From positions 1-56,372 of IMG/VR virus record IMGVR_UViG_3300034111_001022: a stretch of DNA of 56,372 nt. One strand, given 5' to 3'. Origin of the DNA: a virus (lineage: Duplodnaviria > Caudoviricetes). The position numbers were made by a program, and so were the translations under genes. The stretch's first letter is position 1, and every line of letters starts with the position of its first letter. This document shows positions 45,795 through 54,368 of the stretch, in pieces. Below the pieces are notes generated by a model. It was not told where the DNA came from. It ran no database searches and saw only the letters and a program-made list of their open reading frames with translations.

Positions 45795-46187
45795 TTATGC
45801 TGCTGCTTTAGCTTCTTCAGTTATTTTCTTTTCGGCAAGTACCGCATCGTAGTCTAAACCACCAGCAATGATTTGTGCTTTTAATGCTTCTAATACTAAT
45901 CGTGCTTTGTTTTGTTCAACCCTTTCAGAACGCAACAATGACCGCAATTTGTCACGGTATTGATATTGCGATACCGTTTGAACATCAGCATCTTCCATAT
46001 CCCAAGGTAAATTTTGTGTTTCTGTATTGCTATGTATGGCTAAATTACTAGGAATAGCATCTTGCGGCAATCCTGTAAGCATAACAGTATAGTTATCTAC
46101 ATTAACTTGATATTGATAAACTTCTTTTTCACGATGATACGCGTTTGTAACTAGTGTATCTAAATGTTCTGATTGTGTTACTACCAT
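45795..46187 (-). CDS. Hypothetical helical protein following the propeller adhesin
   Basis: AGGAG RBS, 130 aa. Confidence 0.7.
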   Translation of the reverse strand: MVVTQSEHLDTLVTNAYHREKEVYQYQVNVDNYTVMLTGLPQDAIPSNLAIHSNTETQNLPWDMEDADVQTVSQYQYRDKLRSLLRSERVEQNKARLVLEALKAQIIAGGLDYDAVLAEKKITEEAKAAA

Positions 46188-46213
46188 AATTATTTCTCCT
46201 GATTAAAAAAATA

Positions 46214-47410
46214 TTAAACATTGTTAAATGCAACACTTTGACCCGCACCGCCACTTCCACCATCTGGAAGTGGCACAGGGTTAGCATACTTAGTACCAAA
46301 ACCAGCACTCCAAGGATATGCTGAAACCCATGGTGTTGAGCCATGTCCTACTACAATGGCTGTTCCTGCTGGATTAAATGTAACACTTTCACCTTGACCA
46401 CCTGGAAGTGTTGCAGGGTTAGCATATTTAGCTCCAAAACCAGCCGACCAAGGGTAAGTTGAAATAAAAGGTGTTCCGGTATGCGCTACTGCAATAACTG
46501 TTCCTGCTGGGTTAAATGCAACACCTTGACCAAAACTAGCTGGAAGTGTTGCAGGGTTAGCGTATTTAGTACCAAAACCAGCACTCCAAGGGTAAGCTGA
46601 TATAAAAGGTGTTCCGGCATGTGCTATTGCAATAACTGTTCCTGCTGGATTAAATGTAACTCCAAACCCAGTACCAGTTGGAAGTGTTGCAGGGTTAGCA
46701 TACTTAGTGCCAAAACCAGCACTCCAAGGGTAAGTTGATATATTTGGGAAAGCATTATGCACTACTGCAATGGCTGTTCCTGCTGGGTTAAATGCAACAC
46801 CATAACCCTCACCAGTTGGAAGTGTTGCAGGGTTAGCATACTTAGTGCCAAAACCAGCCGACCAAGGGTAAGTTGAAATAAAAGGTGTTCCGGTATGCGC
46901 TACTGCAATAACTGTTCCTGCTGGGTTAAATGCAACACCTTGACCAAAACCAGTTGGAAGTGTTGCAGGGTTAGCATACTTAGTGCCAAAACCAGCCGAC
47001 CAAGGGTAAGTTGATATACGTGGTGTTACGGAATGTGCTACTGCAATAACTGTTCCTGCTGGGTTAAATGCAACTCCAAGCCCAGTACCAGTTGGAAGTG
47101 TTGCAGGGTTAGCATACTTAGTGCCAAAACCAGCACTCCTGGGAGGACTTATACTAGATGTTACTTCAAAAGGATAAGTTGATATAAATGGGGTATTATT
47201 ATGTGCTATTGCAATAACTGATTGAGCCATACTTTTACCCCAAAAATTAGTAGGCATTGTAATAGCTCCACTAGCAACGCCAGCAAGCGTTCTTACCGCA
47301 GTATCGTTAAGGCTAATTTGCGTTGAAGTGCCTAGGCTTAATTCTAAGGCAATAGACTGCCCTGTAATTGCGCCAGCAAGGCTTATCGGACCTGATGAAT
47401 TAAGTGCCAT
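46214..47410 (-). CDS. Putative tail-tip adhesin with seven-bladed beta-propeller
   Basis: N-terminal SSGPISL..EL..ISLND..VR.LAG..FWGKS attachment-like domain plus seven 46-aa repeats. Confidence 0.7.
   Translation of the reverse strand: MALNSSGPISLAGAITGQSIALELSLGTSTQISLNDTAVRTLAGVASGAITMPTNFWGKSMAQSVIAIAHNNTPFISTYPFEVTSSISPPRSAGFGTKYANPATLPTGTGLGVAFNPAGTVIAVAHSVTPRISTYPWSAGFGTKYANPATLPTGFGQGVAFNPAGTVIAVAHTGTPFISTYPWSAGFGTKYANPATLPTGEGYGVAFNPAGTAIAVVHNAFPNISTYPWSAGFGTKYANPATLPTGTGFGVTFNPAGTVIAIAHAGTPFISAYPWSAGFGTKYANPATLPASFGQGVAFNPAGTVIAVAHTGTPFISTYPWSAGFGAKYANPATLPGGQGESVTFNPAGTAIVVGHGSTPWVSAYPWSAGFGTKYANPVPLPDGGSGGAGQSVAFNNV
46225..47220 (-). repeat. Seven tandem 138-bp coding repeats
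   Basis: CCAAAACCAGC anchor recurs every 138 bp; unit SAGFGTKYANPATLP..GVAFNPAGTVIAVAH...ISTYPW. Confidence 0.95.
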
Positions 47411-47412
47411 TA

Positions 47413-47694
47413 TTAAACTGTTCCGTATGCTGTTACGTTTGCTAGGGCTGTAAAGTTACCTGATGAGTCTAACTTGGCAACGTTAGTGCCGTTATAATTA
47501 AAGAATAACGTAGTTCCGCTAGGTGTTACACTCCAACCACCAGAGTTTGTGATGTTGTTAGCATTAATTGTACTAGCGCTTGTTAAAACCGTACCAGACG
47601 TTGCAGGTAATGTTAATACCGTTGTTCCCGCTACAGCTGGTGCGCTTAGGGTTACTGTTCCGCTGGTATCGCCTGCTATGATTACTGAACTCAT
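47413..47694 (-). CDS. Short tail fibre connector
   Basis: GDTSGTVTLSAPAVAG..LTLPA N-terminus; LDSSGNFTALANVTAY C-terminus. Confidence 0.65.
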   Translation of the reverse strand: MSSVIIAGDTSGTVTLSAPAVAGTTVLTLPATSGTVLTSASTINANNITNSGGWSVTPSGTTLFFNYNGTNVAKLDSSGNFTALANVTAYGTV

Positions 47695-47695
47695 G

Positions 47696-47989
47696 CTATG
47701 CTCCTAGTGCTTGTATTTTAGCTGTTAAGGCTGCAAGTTCAGCCATCAATTCTGCTTTGGTTGGTTCTGGTGGGGCTGCATATTCTAATACTGGCTGCTC
47801 AATAGGTAATGTAGTTATATCCCAAACTTCTCCATCCCAAGTGCAAGATTCTAATTCTGTAAATGTAGGTGGCTCTATTGGTGTTGAATCAGCAGGAGTA
47901 ATATATACACCAAGTTCTAAGGGGCTTTCTTGACAATCATAAAAACCTGCATATTTAAAAGTAACACCATCAAATAAATAAACTCTCAT
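47696..47989 (-). CDS. Tail fibre assembly-like protein
   Basis: ESPLE.GVY..PA.ST.IEPP...WDGEVW. Confidence 0.7.
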   Translation of the reverse strand: MRVYLFDGVTFKYAGFYDCQESPLELGVYITPADSTPIEPPTFTELESCTWDGEVWDITTLPIEQPVLEYAAPPEPTKAELMAELAALTAKIQALGA

Positions 47990-47997
47990 ATTAATTC

Positions 47998-48561
47998 CTA
48001 AAATTTAACGCAGAATAATACTGCAGTTGATGCTGCCAAGTTGGCAGTTCCACCATTTGAAGATGTTGTTGTTGTTACTGGAACTGAAGCAACAGCAGCA
48101 GCAGATGAGTTACCCCCACCAGTAGCTTGATATTGTGTAAATGAGTGAGTATGTGCTAAGTTTTGACCAACTGTAGCTGTAGCTACGTTAGAGTTGGCTT
48201 GTGTCATAGCATAACCAGCAGCAAACCAAGGAATACCAAAAGTAGTAGAGCCGTCACCAGCGCCCCACGTTGTACCTATAGCTGCAAATAAAGCCGCATA
48301 AGTAGTTCTTGATATTGTCGTGGCGGAAGTAGGGCAAGTTAAGTAACCTGTCGGAGGAGTAGTTCCAGAAAATTGAATAATAGTTCCCGCTGGAATTAAA
48401 CTTGCTCCGTTTACAGTCAATGTGCCAGTAACTGCAACTCCAGTAGAAGTTATCGCAGCAATGGTAGTGCCACTGCTTTGTATGTTTAAATCGCCACTAC
48501 TGTCTGCTGTAGTGATTACTCCTCCGCCTGAGGCTGTTGTTGCGTTTATTGTAGATGCCAT
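47998..48561 (-). CDS. Tail fibre protein with phage tail collar domain
   Basis: PAGTIIQF..PTGYL.C...SRTTYAALFAAIGTTWGAGDGSTTF. Confidence 0.85.
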   Translation of the reverse strand: MASTINATTASGGGVITTADSSGDLNIQSSGTTIAAITSTGVAVTGTLTVNGASLIPAGTIIQFSGTTPPTGYLTCPTSATTISRTTYAALFAAIGTTWGAGDGSTTFGIPWFAAGYAMTQANSNVATATVGQNLAHTHSFTQYQATGGGNSSAAAVASVPVTTTTSSNGGTANLAASTAVLFCVKF

Positions 48562-51119
48562 TATAAAATCACCAATCTAGATCCATTAGGGACAGTAATA
48601 TTCATTCCTGAAGGCACTGTAATAGGACCAACAGTCATAGAACTCTTGTTTGTGCTTACAGTATAGCTTGCTGTTATAGTCTGATTATTTTCTAAAAATA
48701 CATTATCTATTTGCGGACTGCTAGCAGTTGCAGCTAGTGTGCCTGCTGTAAACGTAAGATTTGCGCCTACAGTTACATTGCTGAAGCCACCTGCGCCATT
48801 GCCATAAAGAATAGACGTGCCAGAAGTTGCAGGGGCGTAATCAGTGCCAGAAGTAGCCGCAGAGATGGCTGTGCCGTTACCTTTTAATAAACCAGTGATA
48901 GTTGTTGAAAGTGTAATCGCTGGGGTTGTTGTTGATGTTGCTACAGTGCCTGCAAATCCGTTAGCGCTAACAACAGATACGTCAGTAACAGTTCCGCCAC
49001 TAGCAGCACCATTAGCTGCAGCAGTAATCCTACCTTTTGCATCAACTGTAATATTAGCGTTAGTAAATGCACCAACATTAGCGTTCACTGTAGCTAGTGT
49101 CAAACTTCCTGTGCTTGCCAATGTTGCGTCGCTAGACATTGCAACAGGTGCATACGCAGTGCCACCAGCATTGCCTACAAGAATTTGTCCTGAGGCAGGT
49201 GCGGTATTAGGGACTATAGCTTCTTTTGTTTGAATGTCATTGGTGACGTTGCTTAAACCTACATCTGTTTTTGTAGGTGTTGAATAACTGAATGTGCCTG
49301 AACCGTTATTATATAGCCAACCTGTAGCGTTTGCTAAAGAGCCGATAGTTGTTAAATTTGTATACGCAGCTTGTTTGCCGTTAAATGTCGACCAATCAGC
49401 AGAGCTTAATGCTCCTCTATTGGCTGCTGATGCAGTTGGCACGTTCAGTGTGATGACAGGCGTTGTTGTGCTGTTGGCAACTGTAGATGATAAATCTGTT
49501 CCTGTTGTGCCTAGTGTTAATGCGGCTACAGAAGTGACTGATCCGCCCGCTGATGTAGAAGACAAAGTGCCTGCAGAAAAAGACAACCCTGATCCTACGG
49601 TGACATTGCTAAAACCACCTGCACCGTTGCCGTAAAGAATGCTTGTGCCAGAAGTTGCAGGGGCGTAATCCGTTCCACTTGTTGCAGCAGTAAATGCAGT
49701 TGTGCCGTTACCTTTTACAAGACCAGTAATTGTTGAAACTCCTGTACCTCCATTTGCAACACCAAGCTCACCAGAAACAGCCGTAGTTTGATTTAACGGA
49801 ACGGCGTTCCACTCTACTTGAGTGCCTGACGCATTAATTATCAATGATTTGTATGCAACCCCTAGCGGTAACTTGGACCATGTGTCTGTAGCTGAACCAT
49901 ACAACAAATCGCCTGTAGCAACTGTGCTAGTGCCAGTACCCCCGTTAGTGGCTGCAACTGTGTCAATAGCAATTGTGCCAGACGTTGTAATCGTGCCGCC
50001 AGTTAAACCTGTGCCAGCCGTAATGCTAGTTACTGTGCCTCCAGTCCCTGTCAGCGTAAAATTAGGATACGTACCAGTAACGGCAACTGTGCCAGCGCCA
50101 GTTAAAACCACTGTTTGATCAGGTGCTGTGTTGGTGATTGTAACGGCAGAAGAGCCGTTATAACTAGTCCCAGACAATCCACTGCCAATAGTCAAAGCAT
50201 AAGGTGCCGCCGCAGTGATTGTGCCTGAGCTACCCAAAGTAACTGGCGTACCATTAATTGTTAATGAGTCGTACTGTAAATCAGCGTTAACTAAGTTCCT
50301 GTAGGTTGGAATAGCATCCACTCCACTTGCAGGACCAGCTTTAACTAAGTTGGCTCCGACAGGAATGCTTAAATCTACATTAGCCCAATATGGGGCACCT
50401 GTGCCTGACGAGGCTAATACTTGATTAAGTGAGCCAGCGCTACTTATTAATATATTGCTGCCGTCAGAGTAAGCGATACCGCCATCGGCTGGTGCAGTTA
50501 ACGCTGTGCCTGTGCCGCCACGGGTAGGGCTTAAAACACCATTTGTTTGATCAGTGTCTGTTAAATCAATAGAAGGGTGAACGTGATCAGCACGTGCCAT
50601 TGTGTTGCTTACACCTGCAGTAGCGTCGCCTACAGCTAGCGGGGTAGCGTTAGATAATGCAGCAGAAAGCGTTACATCGCTTGTTAATGTTCCGCCGCCT
50701 GTTAACCCAATACCCGCAATTACTTGGCGTGAGGTAGGTACAAAGCCCGACGTAGAGGGTAAAGGTAAGGTCGTTGCCGCTGTTAAACGACCGTTTGCGT
50801 CAACTGTAATAACCGGGTAGTTGTTAGAGTTGCCATAGACACCAGCTGAAACGCCTGTCAAATCAAGCTGCGTTGAGCCAATCCCACCAACAGCAACAGA
50901 AATTGTGATGTTAGATGACAGTGCCCCACCGCCTGTAAGCCCGGTCCCAGCAGCTACAACACGTGACGTAGGCACACCAGACACATTTAATAGTGCATTT
51001 ACTTGTACTTTATAGGTCTGCCCATCTCGGACATACACCATCCACCCCGTTTCTGATGGGGCTGGATCCTCTTGTAGTTGAGTAATCTTTAATGGTATCT
51101 GGCTGTATGGTTGTGCCAT
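48561..51119 (-). CDS. Long Gly/Thr/Ser-rich tail fibre
   Basis: AGTGLTGGG, ITVDANGRLTAA and NGGTG repeats; a roughly 45-aa block is duplicated (about 48765-48910 and 49595-49738). Confidence 0.8.
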   Translation of the reverse strand: MAQPYSQIPLKITQLQEDPAPSETGWMVYVRDGQTYKVQVNALLNVSGVPTSRVVAAGTGLTGGGALSSNITISVAVGGIGSTQLDLTGVSAGVYGNSNNYPVITVDANGRLTAATTLPLPSTSGFVPTSRQVIAGIGLTGGGTLTSDVTLSAALSNATPLAVGDATAGVSNTMARADHVHPSIDLTDTDQTNGVLSPTRGGTGTALTAPADGGIAYSDGSNILISSAGSLNQVLASSGTGAPYWANVDLSIPVGANLVKAGPASGVDAIPTYRNLVNADLQYDSLTINGTPVTLGSSGTITAAAPYALTIGSGLSGTSYNGSSAVTITNTAPDQTVVLTGAGTVAVTGTYPNFTLTGTGGTVTSITAGTGLTGGTITTSGTIAIDTVAATNGGTGTSTVATGDLLYGSATDTWSKLPLGVAYKSLIINASGTQVEWNAVPLNQTTAVSGELGVANGGTGVSTITGLVKGNGTTAFTAATSGTDYAPATSGTSILYGNGAGGFSNVTVGSGLSFSAGTLSSTSAGGSVTSVAALTLGTTGTDLSSTVANSTTTPVITLNVPTASAANRGALSSADWSTFNGKQAAYTNLTTIGSLANATGWLYNNGSGTFSYSTPTKTDVGLSNVTNDIQTKEAIVPNTAPASGQILVGNAGGTAYAPVAMSSDATLASTGSLTLATVNANVGAFTNANITVDAKGRITAAANGAASGGTVTDVSVVSANGFAGTVATSTTTPAITLSTTITGLLKGNGTAISAATSGTDYAPATSGTSILYGNGAGGFSNVTVGANLTFTAGTLAATASSPQIDNVFLENNQTITASYTVSTNKSSMTVGPITVPSGMNITVPNGSRLVIL

Positions 51120-51433
51120 TAAAATCTCTTCTTAGCGTATAAATAACCAGTGTCATCTTCAGTGATGAGATACTCTTCACCATCCTGAGTGATGATACCG
51201 TACTGATCTTGTGTTAAAGGTAAGTCTGGACGTACAAAAGGCAGTGTAATCTGATCAGCTGGGCGAGGGGCCAAGCGATAAGGATCGTAGTTATCTAAAT
51301 CTTCTTTACACACCATCAACCCAGGTGAATTTGGGTCAGAATAAAGCTCAGCAAGGGGCATTTTGCGACTACAACGAGCGCACAATGCAACACCTAAGGT
51401 AGAATTTCCAGTGGTATCAAGAAAAATAGCCAT
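51119..51433 (-). CDS. Cys-containing putative virion protein
   Basis: CARC...VC motif; start re-assigned to MAIF. Confidence 0.6.
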   Translation of the reverse strand: MAIFLDTTGNSTLGVALCARCSRKMPLAELYSDPNSPGLMVCKEDLDNYDPYRLAPRPADQITLPFVRPDLPLTQDQYGIITQDGEEYLITEDDTGYLYAKKRF

Positions 51434-51435
51434 AT

Positions 51436-52422
51436 TTACCTTGTGTACGGTGAAATCCAAGGCTGAATAGTAGTTGGGCTACCATCGTTGTCACCATCCC
51501 ATGCTGTACGCATTGAAATTTCAGCAACTTGCATTAATTGAACAGACAAATTAGGATCAACAGTTTCTGTTTCCATTGCTAGTTTAGATGCAAGCTTCAT
51601 TACGATAGCATCGTACCAACGTTGAGGGATGTCTAGCTCTTGTTGTAAGTTGCCAACGTCCATAATTTGACGATGACGCCACACAATCAACTGAGCATAC
51701 TCAGCATAAGCATTAGGGGCAGGCCAAAGGTTAAGTGTTGGCTGATTAATGTTACGTTGGAACCAATAGGTAGTGGGCCGACCGTTATACACTTTGTTAC
51801 TTTGTGCCACGTAGGTATCACGGTTAAGTAATCCAAATGGAATCTCAGTAGGCGTGTTACCTAAAAACACAGTCTCTACAAGAAACGGGTCATTACTTTT
51901 TACTCTAAAGAACGGAAACGCGTTAGCAGGAATAATGTCATACCAAATCCACTCGTTAGCGCCAGCTGATGCAGGAATCTCACCAACCTTAAACCAGATA
52001 TCGCCATCTTCAGACACTTCTAAATCTACGTCAACACTTGGTGTTAGCCACTTAATCCCTACGTTACTAACGATAGTGTCTTGTCCACCAAAGTCGACTT
52101 CGTATGTAGTGGTTGTAATAGTTTCTACACCAACTTGCTGTAATAATGTACGATAGTTAAGATTTAAAACTTCTTCAGTACCCAACGGGAGCGTAACGAT
52201 AGGTTGCCCTTCGTACATAGGTAAGATAAGCTTATCGATACACCAGGATGGGGTCTTGATACTAGCAAGCTCTGAAAGCAACAGGTACAGCAAATCAATT
52301 GCTGTCTGTTGCATCTCAGCGGTTACTTTTTGAGGTGGAATCTTACAACGACGAAAAGCGTGATCAATCACGCGTCTCGTGTTAAAGGTAGTCGTGCTAA
52401 TTGTTCCTGACATTGCCATCAA
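51436..52422 (-). CDS. Head-tail connector/tail tubular-like protein
   Basis: IDHAFRRC, GRPTTYW, LWPAP, IPQRWYDAI..LA pattern; synteny. Confidence 0.6.
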   Translation of the reverse strand: MMAMSGTISTTTFNTRRVIDHAFRRCKIPPQKVTAEMQQTAIDLLYLLLSELASIKTPSWCIDKLILPMYEGQPIVTLPLGTEEVLNLNYRTLLQQVGVETITTTTYEVDFGGQDTIVSNVGIKWLTPSVDVDLEVSEDGDIWFKVGEIPASAGANEWIWYDIIPANAFPFFRVKSNDPFLVETVFLGNTPTEIPFGLLNRDTYVAQSNKVYNGRPTTYWFQRNINQPTLNLWPAPNAYAEYAQLIVWRHRQIMDVGNLQQELDIPQRWYDAIVMKLASKLAMETETVDPNLSVQLMQVAEISMRTAWDGDNDGSPTTIQPWISPYTR

Positions 52423-52502
52423 AATATTCCTCTAGTTGATGGCCGCTGTTACAGCAAGCCCAATCTTTTCAGCTTATTATACTACGCCAAGTTAAAAAAA
52501 TA

Positions 52503-52652
52503 CTATTTTTTAGCTGTTTTGGCAGCTTCAGCAAAGTCTTTCTTTGTAGGTGCACCCTTAGAGCCTGGCTTTCTCATCTTTTCACCAGAACCTTCTTCGA
52601 TTCTAGTTTTTTTAGCGTGAATGTTTGCGTATAAACCTTTTTTAGCAGCCAT
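52503..52652 (-). CDS. Small basic protein (49 aa)
   Basis: AAGGAG RBS at MAAKKGLYANIHAK...GAPT. Confidence 0.7.
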   Translation of the reverse strand: MAAKKGLYANIHAKKTRIEEGSGEKMRKPGSKGAPTKKDFAEAAKTAKK

Positions 52653-52662
52653 CGTTTGCTCC

Positions 52663-53073
52663 TTATTTTTTAACCTTACCGCCGCACATAAGCATTGGAA
52701 CGCGTGGATCACGACCGGCAGCCATAGCTGGGCCCTTAACAACGCGCTTTTGAACCAACTCTTCACGCTGCATACGTGGCGTTTCGGTCTTTTCGTGCTT
52801 CATCATCGCTGATTTAGACGCATAACGCTCACCAGTAGCCTTTTCCATCACGCTGCCGCCTTTTTTAAGCTTGGTAAGGGGTTTGCCTGGGTGTTGTGCT
52901 TTTTCGTGCTTGTGGATTGATTCTGCGATCATCTTTTTGTCTTGTTTCATGTCAGCTTTAATGTCGCCACCTTTAGCGTACATTTTAGTTGCGCAGCCGC
53001 CTTCAGCGTAAGCTTTGCCTTTCATCTTACCTGCTGAACCAAAATCAAACTCTTTTACATATGTACATGCCAT
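52663..53073 (-). CDS. Lys/Met-rich protein with four xxxGG motifs
   Basis: YAEGG, YAKGG, LKKGG, LMCGG; AGGAG RBS. Confidence 0.75.
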   Translation of the reverse strand: MACTYVKEFDFGSAGKMKGKAYAEGGCATKMYAKGGDIKADMKQDKKMIAESIHKHEKAQHPGKPLTKLKKGGSVMEKATGERYASKSAMMKHEKTETPRMQREELVQKRVVKGPAMAAGRDPRVPMLMCGGKVKK

Positions 53074-53083
53074 GATATTGCTC

Positions 53084-53503
53084 CTAGAACGTAGTTGGGT
53101 TGGCGTAGGTTTTAATGCACTCTAAGATGATTGTGTAACGATCACCCGCAGTGGCACCAACTGTCGTGAATACCACGTCGCCAGTTTTGCCTGTACCTGA
53201 GTTGTTTGGAATACCGCCAAAGTCTGAGAAGCACATCTTGTACATCACGTCAGCTGGGACGGTATCAGCGATTACGTTTGTGTCTGCGTCCCAAAGGATG
53301 TCTACAGCAACGCCAAATGTTTGCGCCCAGATCTTGTTAATCTTTACGCCTGTGCAAGCACTGCCGTTGGTGTTAACTGCTAAAGTTGAAACATCTACCT
53401 TAACTACGGCTGATTCGCCTGTGCCGTCAGAGATGTTTGTGAATTTTTGAATGACGAGCCTGTCGCCGTCAAGGATTGTTTGTGTTGTTACTGCATCTGC
53501 CAT
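53084..53503 (-). CDS. Putative virion structural protein
   Basis: MADAVTTQT..DG...SDGTGE...DFGGIPN; beta-rich; capsid operon. Confidence 0.65.
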   Translation of the reverse strand: MADAVTTQTILDGDRLVIQKFTNISDGTGESAVVKVDVSTLAVNTNGSACTGVKINKIWAQTFGVAVDILWDADTNVIADTVPADVMYKMCFSDFGGIPNNSGTGKTGDVVFTTVGATAGDRYTIILECIKTYANPTTF

Positions 53504-53663
53504 GTCGTTCTCCTAAATCAGTAGAGGGTGTTTCAAGTCGGTTGATCAACATTTGATAAGCCACGATAGTCGCTTGGGCTTGAATAACGAAAGTGTTAGC
53601 CTTAGTTAATTCTTGCTCAAGCGACTGTATCTCAGCCACCAAAAAGTCTTTGGTGATTTCCAT
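53469..53663 (-). CDS. Small coiled-coil protein
   Basis: ORF track; abuts upstream gene. Confidence 0.6.
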   Translation of the reverse strand: MEITKDFLVAEIQSLEQELTKANTFVIQAQATIVAYQMLINRLETPSTDLGERHGRCSNNTNNP

Positions 53664-53665
53664 TA

Positions 53666-54244
53666 TTACAATGAAGCTGCACAGAGAATGAAGTAGTCAT
53701 TGCCTGCAGCATCAACGATCTTGATACCTTTAGTTGCTGTAGCTGTTGTGTTTTGCAACATAGCAGCTGGAACGTTTAATAAAGTACCTAACGCTGTAGA
53801 GTTAGAGTCAGTTACGCGAATAAACGCAGCTGTACCTGGAACAGTTACGCCAGAAGCGATGTCTGAATCAACTTGGATAGCAGCCAATGTGCCTCCTGGA
53901 GTTACGCCAGAAGCAACACCTAAAGTAGCACGCAATGCGTTAGCTGCACCAGAAATAGTACCGCCAGTGCTAACTGACATAGAGATGTGCGCACCGTTAA
54001 TTGTGCCAGCTGCAGCTGCGCCTGCGCCAGTTACTACAGAGAATGCACGCAATGTTTCTCCTGAACCTGTAGATGTGAATGTCAACTTGTCATAAACAAG
54101 ACGAGTATCACCTGTGGTTGCAGATGTTGTTGCGTAAGCTGAATTAATGTTGCCAGCAGTTGTTACCACTACTGGAGCTGAAGAAGTACCAGAGATAAAG
54201 CCGTTTAAGCTCGTGACTGGACCTGAAAAGGTGCTTGATGCCAT
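53666..54244 (-). CDS. Putative capsid-associated (decoration/head fibre) protein
   Basis: MASSTFSGPV N-terminus, Ala/Thr/Gly-rich, directly after major capsid gene. Confidence 0.6.
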   Translation of the reverse strand: MASSTFSGPVTSLNGFISGTSSAPVVVTTAGNINSAYATTSATTGDTRLVYDKLTFTSTGSGETLRAFSVVTGAGAAAAGTINGAHISMSVSTGGTISGAANALRATLGVASGVTPGGTLAAIQVDSDIASGVTVPGTAAFIRVTDSNSTALGTLLNVPAAMLQNTTATATKGIKIVDAAGNDYFILCAASL

Positions 54245-54258
54245 GATATATTTCCTTT

Positions 54259-54312
54259 TTGCACAAGTCGCTTATTAGTCTGTGCAACGTCCGCTGGAAC
54301 GGTCTAATAAGC
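54259..54312 (-). ncRNA. Candidate cis-regulatory H-type pseudoknot
   Basis: Interleaved stems GCUUAUUAG/CUAAUAAGC and UUGCACA/UGUGCAA next to the RBS. Confidence 0.55.
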
Positions 54313-54338
54313 TAAAATAATAATTCCAGAAAGTTGGT

Positions 54339-54356
54339 AGGGGGCCGAAGCCCCCT
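54339..54356 (-). terminator. cUUCGg hairpin after major capsid gene (terminator or stabiliser)
   Basis: AGGGGGC-TTCG-GCCCCCT on minus, weak U-tract. Confidence 0.6.
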
Positions 54357-54368
54357 GACCATTACAAC

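Noticed and set aside
46225-47220. CRISPR array or DGR template/variable repeats
   Set aside because: Repeats are in-frame 138-bp coding units without spacers; no reverse transcriptase or cas operon seen; differences are not adenine-specific
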